From Eledone cirrhosa (lineage: Eukaryota): DNA of 64,000 bases. Below the pieces are notes generated by a model that saw only the letters and a program-made list of their open reading frames with translations, was not told where the DNA came from and did no database searches. Positions 55,401 through 64,000 of this stretch are shown piece after piece; within the stretch, counting starts at the first letter, position 1; every line of letters begins with the position of its first letter. The translations under genes were made by a program, and so were the position numbers. Location: NCBI GenBank assembly GCA_964016885.1, contig OZ024741.1:388182001-388246000 (forward strand). Direction: 5' to 3'.

Positions 55401-58400
55401 TCTACCCAATATCCTGGCTATCTAACAACCAACATTGTGAAAGCCTCTAACCAATATCCTGGCTATCTAACAACCCACATTGAGAAATCCTCTACCCGAT
55501 ATCCTGGCCATCTAACAACCCGCATTGAGAAAGTCTCTACCCAATATCCTGGCTATCTAACAACCCACATTGAGAAAGCCTCTACCCAATATCCTGGCTA
55601 TCTAACAACCCACATTGAGAAAGCCTCTACCCAATATCCTGGCTATCTACCAACCCACATTGAGAAAGCCTCTACCCAATATCCTGGCTATCTAACAACC
55701 AACATTGAGAAAGCCTCTACCCAATATCCTGGCCGTCTAACAACCAACATTGAGAAAGCCTCTACCCAATATCCTGGCCGTCTAACAACCAACATTGAGA
55801 AAGCCTCTACCCAATATCCTGGCTATCTAATAACCAACATTGAGAAAGCCTCTACCCAATATCCTGGCTATCTAACAACCCACATTGAGAAAGCCTCTAC
55901 CCAATATTCTGGCTATCTAACAACCAACATTAAGAAAGCCTCTACCCAATGTCCTGGCTGTCTAACAACCCACATTGAGAAAGCCTCTACCCAATATCCT
56001 GGCTGTCTAACAACCAACATTGAGAAAGCCTCTACCCAATATCCTGGCTATCTAACAACCAACATTAAGAAAGCCTCTACCCAATGTCCTGGCTATCTAA
56101 CAACCAACATTGAGAAAGCCTCTACCCAATATCCTGGCTGTCTAACAACCAACATTGAGAAAGCCTCTACCCAATATCCTGGCTGTCTAACAACCAACAT
56201 TGAGAAAGCCTCTACCCAATATCCTGGCTGTCTAACAACCCACATTGAGAAAGCCTCTACCCAATATCCTGGCCATCTAACAACCCGCATTGAGAAAGTC
56301 TCTACCCAATGTCCTGGCTATCTAACAACCCACATTGAGAAAGCCTCTACCCAATATCCTGGCTATCTAACAACCCACATTGAGAAAGCCTCTACCCAAT
56401 ATCCTGGCTATCTAACAACCAACATTGAGAAAGCCTCTACCCAATGTTCTGGCTATCTAACAACCAACATTGAGAAAGCCTCTACTCAACATCCTGGCCA
56501 TCTAACAACCAACATTGAGATAGCCTCTACCCAATGTCCTGGCTATCTAACAACCAACATTGAGAAAGCTTCTACCCAATGTCCTGGCTATCTAACAACC
56601 AACATTGAGAAAGCCTCTACCCAATGTCCTGGCTATCTAACAACCAACATTGAGAAAGCCTCTACCCAATATCCTGGCTGTCTAACAACCAGCATTGAGA
56701 AAGCCTCTACCCAATATCCTGGCTGTCTAACAACCAACATTGAGAAAGCCTCTACCCAATATCCTGGCTGTCTAACAACCCACATTGAGAAAGCCTCTAC
56801 CCAATATCCTGGCCATCTAACAACCCGCATTGAGAAAGTCTCTACCCAATGTCCTGGCTATCTAACAACCCACATTGAGAAAGCCTCTACCCAATATCCT
56901 GGCTATCTAACAACCCACATTGAGAAAGCCTCTACCCAATATCCTGGCTATCTAACAACCCACATTGAGAAAGCCTCTACCCAATATCCTGGCTATCTAA
57001 CAACCCACATTGAGAAAGCCTCTACCCAATATCCTGGCTATCTAACAACCAACATTGAGAAAGCCTCTACCCAATATCCTGGTCGTCTAACAACCAACAT
57101 TGAGAAAGCCTCTACCCAATATCCTGGCTATCTAACAACCAACATTGAGAAAGCCTCTACCCAATATCCTGGCTATCTAACAACCCACATTGAGAAAGCC
57201 TCTACCCAATATCCTGGCTATCTAACAACCCACATTGAGAAAGCCTCTACCCAATATCCTGGCTATCTAACAACCAACATTGAGAAAGCCTCTACCCAAT
57301 ATCCTGTCCGTCTAACAACCAACATTGAGAAAGCCTCTACCCAATATCCTGGCTATCTAACAACCAACATTGAGGAAGCCTCTACCCAATATCCTGGCTA
57401 TCTAACAACCCACATTGAGAAATCCTCTACCCAATATCCTGGCCATCTAACAACCCGCATTGAGAAAGTCTCTACCCAATATCCTGGCTATCTAACAACC
57501 CACATTGAGAAAGCCTCTACCCAATATCCTGGCTATCTAACAACCCACATTGAGAAAGCCTCTACCCAATATCCTGGCTATCTACCAACCCACATTGAGA
57601 AAGCCTCTACCCAATATCCTGGCTATCTAACAACCAACATTGAGAAAGCCTCTACCCAATATCCTGGCCGTCTAACAACCAACATTGAGAAAGCCTCTAC
57701 CCAATATCCTGGCCGTCTAACAACCAACATTGAGAAAGCCTCTACCCAATATCCTGGCTATCTAATAACCAACATTGAGAAAGCCTCTACCCAATATCCT
57801 GGCTATCTAACAACCCACATTGAGAAAGCCTCTACCCAATATCCTGGCCATCTAACAACCAACATTGAGAAAGCCTCTACCCTATATCCTGGCTATCTAA
57901 CAACTAACATTGAGAAAGCCTCTACCCAATATGCTGGCTATCTAACAACACACATTGAGAAAGCCTCTACCCAATGTCCTGGCCATCTAACAACCAACAT
58001 TGAGAAAGCCTCTACCCAATATCCTGGCTATCTAACAACCAACATTAAGAAAGCCTCTACCCAATGTCCTGGCTGTCTAACAACCCACATTGAGAAAGCC
58101 TCTACCCAATATCCTGGCCATCTAACAACCAACATTGAGAAAGCCTCTACCCAATGTCCTGGCTATCTAACAACCAACATTGAGAAAGCCTCTACCCAAT
58201 AACCTGGCTGTCTAACAACCAACATTGAGAAAGCCTCTACCCAATATTCTGGCTATCTAACAACCAACATTAAGAAAGCCTCTACCCAATGTCCTGGCTG
58301 TCTAACAACCCACATTGAGAAAGCCTCTACCCAATATCCTGGCCATCTAACAACCAACGTTGAGAAAGCCTCTACCCAATGTCCTGGCTATCTAACAACC

Positions 58401-60315
58401 AACATTGAGAAAGCCTCTACCCAATATCCTGGCTGTCTAACAACCAACATTGAGAAAGCCTCTACCCACCATCCTGGCCATCTAACAACCAACATTGAGA
58501 AAGCCTCTACCCAATGTCCTGGCTATCTAACAACCAACATTAAGAAAGCCTCTACCCAATGTCCTGGCTGTCTAGCAACCCACATTGAGAAAGCCTCTAC
58601 CCAATATCCTGGCCATCTAACAACCAACATTGAGAAAGCCTCTACCCAATATCCTGGCTATCTAACAACCAACATTGAGAAAGCCTCTACCCAATGTCCT
58701 GGCTATCTAACAACCAACATTAAGAAAAGCTCTACCCAATGTCCTGGCTGTCTAACAACCCACATTGAGAAAGCCTCTACCCAATATCCTGGCCATCTAA
58801 CAACCAACATTGAGAAAGCCTCTACCCAATATCCTGGCCATCTAACAACCAACATTGAGAAAGCCTCTACCCAATGTCCTGGCCATCTAACAACCACCAT
58901 TGAGAAAGCCTCTACCCAATATCCTGACTATCTAACAACCCACATTGAGAAAGCCTCTAACCAATATCCTGGCTATCTAACAACCAACATTGAGAAAGCA
59001 TCTACCCAATATCCTGGCCATCTAACAACCAACATTGAGAAAGCCTCTACCCAATATGCTGGCTATCTAACAACCCACATTGAGAAAGCCTCTACCCAAT
59101 GTCCTGGCTATCTAACAACCCACATTGAGAAAGCCTCTACCCAATGTCCTGGCTATCTAACAACCAACATTGAGAAAGCCTCTACCCAATATCCTGGCTA
59201 TCTAACAACCAACATTGAGAAAGCCTCTACCCAATATCCTGGCCATCTAACAAACCACATTGAGAAAGCCTCTACCGAATATCCTGGCTATCTAACAACC
59301 AACATTGAGAAAGCCTCTACCCAATTTCCTGGCTATCTAACAACCAACATTGAGAAAGCCTCTACCCAATATCCTGGCTGTCTAACAACCAACATTGAGA
59401 AAGCCTCTACCCAATATCCTGGCTATCTAACAACCAACATTGAGAAAGCCTCTACCCAATGTCCTGGCTATCTAACAACCAACATTGAGAAAGCCTCTAC
59501 CCAATATCCTGGCTATCTAACAACCAACATTGAGAAAGCCTCTACCCAATATTCTGGCTATCTAACAACCCACATTGAGAAAGCCTCTACCCAATATCCT
59601 GGCTATCTAACAACCCACATTGAGAAAGCCTCTACCCAATGTTCTGGCTATCTAACAACCCACATTGAGAAAGCCTCTACCCAATATCCTGGCTATCTAA
59701 CAACCAACATTGAGAAAGCCTCTACCCAATATCCTGGCCATCTAACAACCCACATTGAGAAAGCCTCTACCCAATTTCCTGGCTATCTAACAACCCACAT
59801 TGAGAAAGCCTCTACCCAATATCCTGGCTATCTAACAACCCACATTGAGAAAGCCTCTACCCAATATCCTGGCTATCTAACAACCAACATTGAGAAAGCC
59901 TCTACCCAATATCCTGGCTGTCTAACAACTCACATTGAGAAAGCCTCTACCCAATATCCTGGCTATCTAACAACCAACATTGAGAAAGCCTCTACCCAAT
60001 ATCCTGGCTATCTCACAACCCACATTGAGAAAGCCTCTACCCAATGTCCTGGCTGTCTAACAACCCACATTGAGAAAGCCTCTACCCAATATCCTGGCTA
60101 TCTAACAACCCACATTGAGAAAGCCTCTACCCAATATCCTGGCTATCTAACAACCCACATTGAGAAAGCCTCTACCCAATGTCCTGGCTGTCTAACAACC
60201 AATATTGAGAAAGCCTCCACCCAATGTCCTGGCTATCTAACAACCAACATTGAGAAAGCCTCTACCCAATGTCCTGGCTATCTAACAACCCACATTGAGA
60301 AAGCCTCTACCCAAT
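25447..60315 (+). repeat. 45-bp minisatellite array, right arm
   Basis: About 775 units. The register shifts only at two +1 T insertions (about 39940 and 44981). Ends abruptly at ...tctacccaat|cactc. Confidence 0.99.
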
Positions 60316-60437
60316 CACTCTTGATGAGGGAGGTGCATCTTGTATAACTTAATCCTAGATACACAATACCCAAAAGATGGTAACTACTGGAATGACTGGC
60401 AAACAACAATGTTTAATCTTTTATCGTTTTATTTCAG

Positions 60438-60537
60438 GTTATTCTATAAATGGTGTGTGGGCAAAGAACGCCCTGCCAATGGAAGTTTGGTGAAGATGGT
60501 CACCAAAGATGGGAAAACGGACTTGGTTCTTTGCTAA
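60438..60537 (+). CDS. QDPR: Dihydropteridine reductase, terminal coding exon (equivalent to human exon 7)
   Basis: Acceptor tcttttatcgttttatttcag|. Translates (E)LFYKWCVGKERPANGSLVKMVTKDGKTDLVLC*, against human [34 protein letters not shown] (recalled). In frame with the previous exon. Confidence 0.94.
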
Positions 60538-61085
60538 GAACTGTGACAGGTTTGCTCTCAAATGGTTCACGACATATGGAAATGATGAATGTCTCAGTAG
60601 CTTCACAATTGTTATTTTCTAATAATCAGAGTCTGAAAATTCTTTTTATTGATTTTGTGATGTTTGATATTGTATGCTAGAGAAAGTTTTAAAATGTCAC
60701 TTAAGTGCCTCGTTCTGTTTCACATCTCCACTCAGCTTTTACAGTTTTCTAAGGAAATGCTTGTTAAAAAAATGATTTCTAGTGCTATATATTTTGGTAG
60801 TGAGAGGTATGCTGTTTAGATTTTACAGTAGTGGTTAACATTGCTTTATCAGTGGGATATCAAAGATCATACAGAATGTAATGAAGGTTGTGACTTAAAA
60901 TATCTCTGTTACTAAGTACCATGTCATCAATATCTCATATCCTGCATTTATTAATAGGTAACATTAAATAACATTTGCCTTAGAGTTGACTTTATCTAAC
61001 ACAAGAAATTCAATCCTTTTGTTACTATATTACTAACTGAAATACACACTGTATTCCAATTAAATTCTGAGATAATCATAAATTT

Positions 61086-61441
61086 AGATATTGTTATACT
61101 TGGGGAGGGTCATGTTCTAATATTGCCAGAAAAAAATACTAAAACACACTCACTGTTTTGTTTGTTTTTTGCTTCAGTATATTTTTATATTTCTATAATA
61201 ATTTAGCTGGCAATCAATGTTTATCATTGACCAACAGTTAAAAGAATATAAATATAAATTCTCAGATTTCTTTTGTCACACATATATGTGACATCTTCAG
61301 TAATTATCATGTTTCCATCCATTGTGTTCTTATTTTTTTTTATATAATTTTTTTACCAAACCAAACAGTGAGTGTGTTTCACTATTTTTTTTTTCTGCCA
61401 ATATTAGGACAACATGACCCTCCCCAAATATAACAATATCT
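61086..61441. mobile_element. Foldback/MITE-like element with about 80-bp inverted arms
   Basis: 61086-61164 (AGATATTGTTATACTTGGGGAGGGTCATGTT...AAACACACTCACTGTTTTGTTTG) is the reverse complement of 61357-61441, apart from a few mismatches and small indels. No clear TSD. Confidence 0.75.
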
Positions 61442-61782
61442 GTTTCAACACACAATTTCATATCAAAAATCTTGCAAAACAAATACATAAATTTAGATTT
61501 GCTTCATAAAAAAACTGAAACTCTTTTTTTATTTATTGATATATATTAAAATTAAATTTTGAACACAGCAAAATATTCCATAAATTGGTTATGAAATTTG
61601 TCTCAAAACTATCCTAATTACAGTTAAGTACATGTAAAATCTGAAATATAAGGTGATTTACATTTTATATAAATATTAATTCTCTAAAAGACTATAATTT
61701 TATCCAGTGTGTCTTCCTTTTTCCTTTGATTACATTTTATATAGAAATTATTCTCTGTTATTATATGGAACATTTGGATTGG

Positions 61783-61788
61783 AATAAA
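61783..61788 (+). promoter_or_regulatory. Candidate QDPR polyadenylation signal
   Basis: First canonical AATAAA I found after the stop codon. An ATTAAA at 60963-60968 is an alternative. The AT-rich context makes this weak evidence. Confidence 0.3.
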
Positions 61789-63410
61789 CAAAAGTAAGTA
61801 TTAAATAGGTTTTGAGTCATCAGATTGATTGATTAGATCTGGTTTCTTCTGAAGATTGGGAAGAGAAGTATTTTAGAATGTTTTTTCACTTCATTCTCTT
61901 TCTGTGTTATCACTAATGCAGTAACTATATTTTGATTTAATATGAATAGGTAAATGCAGGTGGTCATAAGTATACTGTGATAAATGGGTTGGTAACAAAA
62001 GGGTTAACTGTTGGGAATGAATTCTTCAAAGGCAACTATTCATATATCATTTGAGCTGACAGTTTCTTTTGAAATGATCATACTGAATAATTCTAGTCAG
62101 TTGTTGTCACTTATTTTTCTGTTTTTATGCAAACCATGACCACATTTTGGAGAAAATTTAATGTAAAATCATGTTGGTTTTAATCTAAGATTTTTATTTT
62201 GTTACACTATAACACAAACATGTAATAGCTATATGGTTTTATTTCAATTATTTTATGTTAATCAGAACATTTAAGACTATTTCTGTTCAATAAATATAGA
62301 TTTCATAAATGTCTGCTTGGGCAGTTAAAATTATTATATTTTTTATAAAGACATAATGACTTGTTTCTGCGTTTTTTTGTTTGTTTGTGCATACATATAT
62401 ATACATACAAACACTTGTAATTTCTATTTTGTCTAAAAAGATTATGTAACATTTACACATGATACTTGATTAGTGTGCCAAAGGTGTAACATCTATTCTT
62501 GTCCTTTAACGAACATTTAGTTATTTTCTTTGATAAATGTTTTCTTTTTTGTTTATGGACCAATAGAACATTGCTGTATGTGTGTTTTAGTAATTTAGTT
62601 CTTGCAATTCTGGACTTTAAAACAAAAATATTGTCCTGTTTGAAATACAAAGCTGGAAAACTGAAGATGTTAGAGAATTAACAACACCATTGCTCCTATA
62701 AGAAATAATTTGAAAGAACATAAAGAAACTTCTCTCGCCATAGAGCAATCATGATCATATGCAAGAGAAAGATTTATGCCATTCTTTCAACATCATTTTT
62801 TAGCAGCTCTAGTGTTACATATTTGAAATGACATCAATGAAATTATAGTCTGTAGTTTGTAAATAGATATTTAAAATAAATTCTCTCTTTTTCTTTTAAG
62901 TAGGAAGTTTTGTTATTGTTGTAATATCAGTTGTTACCAGACAATTTAATGAAATAAATGATAATGTATTGTGTTTGAATCCCAATTCTGTGGAAATTTT
63001 TGTATATAATAATAAGATTGGTAATCATGATTGTGAAATATTTCTTCCTATTTCTTCCTTTTTTTTTTTTTTTACTAGCTATGTATATTAATTTTCACTT
63101 ATAGCTGACTATGAAATTCACAACTAGCTAGTAGTAAAAACCTGTATATATTAAAATTTCCTAGTCTTAACATGTATGCACGACCTTAGGTTCCAGGGTC
63201 CAGTGATAGCCGCCACTGTATAGTGGAGGAGTCATTTTAAAACTGGCCTCCCTCAGGAATAAAAACTTAAAAAAAAATACTATTACTTCACGAAATATGG
63301 TCATATTTCATGGAGAGTTGTTCTCAAGACAGGAGGCATGGGTAGCTCCAAAATACACACATATATATATAAGGAAGTTATTAAATATAATAGCTCATGT
63401 TCTAATTATG

Positions 63411-63592
63411 AAGGCAATAGATTGGCAGTTTTTATCTTCTAAGTTCAAATCTTGATGATGTCGATTTTGGCTTTCATCCTTCTAGAGTTGATAAAATAAA
63501 GTACCAGTTAGATACTGGAGGCAATTTCATTGACTTTTCTTCCTTTCCTCAGAATTGGTGGCCTTTTGTTTACATTATAAACAATTATTATT
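63411..63592 (+). mobile_element. Degenerate tRNA-derived SINE
   Basis: B-box-like GTTCAAATC (63443-63451), then a core GTCGATTTTGGCTTTCATCCTTCTAGAGTTGATAAAATAAAGTACCAG resembling a recalled SINE core (GCCTTTCATCCTT...GTCGATAAA...GTACCAG) abundant in octopus. Ends in an (ATT)n tail. Confidence 0.6.
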
Positions 63593-64000
63593 GTTAGTTA
63601 GAACTCATTTTAATAAGTTAATCCTATAGAAATCATTATTAAAGAAATAGTATTTCATTTATTATTTTATTCAAGGGCATATCTAAACCACTAACATGTT
63701 TATTGCTCCAATATAAATTCCTTCCCCACTGACAATATCTTATGAAACATTCCGAATTTTCTATAAAATCAAGTACTCTATATTTTTTACATATCAGTTA
63801 ATATTTTTTTTTACTGATCTTCTATAAATCAGTTTCTCAAAACAAAATTAATAGTCTTCTTCTTAATATATTATAAATCAAAAGTTTCAATTCAGAATCT
63901 TTATATCTTGGAAAAAAAAAAGTAAATAGTAAATATTATATATTTTTGAAAATTGTTAATCCAACAATGTTGAATTTATTCAATATTTTCTCTATTTGAA

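Larger units (their letters stand above)
2906..60437 (+). other. QDPR: Final QDPR intron, 57,532 bp, about 99% minisatellite plus LINE
   Basis: GT at 2906 and AG at 60436-60437. The join GA|G = Glu keeps the DHPR frame. Only 301 bp (5') and 122 bp (3') of unique sequence remain. Confidence 0.93.
61012..62007. mobile_element. Possible degenerate piggyBac-like MITE (TTAA-CCC ends)
   Basis: Right end GTAACAAAAGGGTTAA (61992-62007). Left end AATCCTTTTGTTAC (61012-61025) is a 13/14 inverted match. That these two ends belong to one element is inferred. Confidence 0.4.

Noticed and set aside
25273-58202. Giant mucin/adhesin-like repetitive protein genes (3355, 1696, 1922, 1236 aa and others)
   Set aside because: By-product of a 45-bp unit with a stop-free frame. 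No synonymous bias, propagated stops and frameshifts, no signal peptide or exon boundaries, and located inside a QDPR intron.
6208-58900. Many minus-strand 63-80 aa ORFs (MLVVRWPGYWVEAFS repeats)
   Set aside because: They appear wherever several consecutive units carry ggccat/ggctgt variants that remove the minus-strand TAG; purely combinatorial.
3207-60315. CRISPR array
   Set aside because: Units are contiguous with no unique spacers, there are no cas genes, and the context is a spliceosomal-intron eukaryotic gene.
60340-60680. ORFs 60340-60537 and 60450-60680 as independent genes
   Set aside because: The first is the QDPR last exon extended into the intron; the second is an out-of-frame overlap.
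62453-62681. Two short opposing ORFs
   Set aside because: AT-rich low-complexity sequence with no homology or splice support.

Overview
Animal (metazoan) genomic DNA, AT-rich. The interspersed repeats resemble families I recall from octopus genomes, but that is not verified. The window holds the last three coding exons of a dihydropteridine reductase gene (QDPR; + strand; 526-634, 2822-2905, 60438-60537). Its final intron (2906-60437, 57,532 bp) is almost entirely one 45-bp minisatellite (consensus GAGAAAGCCTCTACCCAATATCCTGGCTATCTAACAACCAACATT; about 1,200 units; 3207-60315). The array has a variant-repeat code and nested higher-order duplications of about 2.5, 3.5, 5.0 and 5.2 kb. Embedded in it are two near-identical 5'-truncated L1/Tx1-type LINE copies (21499-22809, 24135-25446) with the same truncation point, the same insertion register and a 20-bp target-site duplication. 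The flanks contain decayed RTE-type LINE fragments, foldback/MITE-like elements and a SINE remnant. The very long 'EKASTQYPGYLTTNI' ORFs are best explained as by-products of a stop-free 45-bp unit rather than genes.
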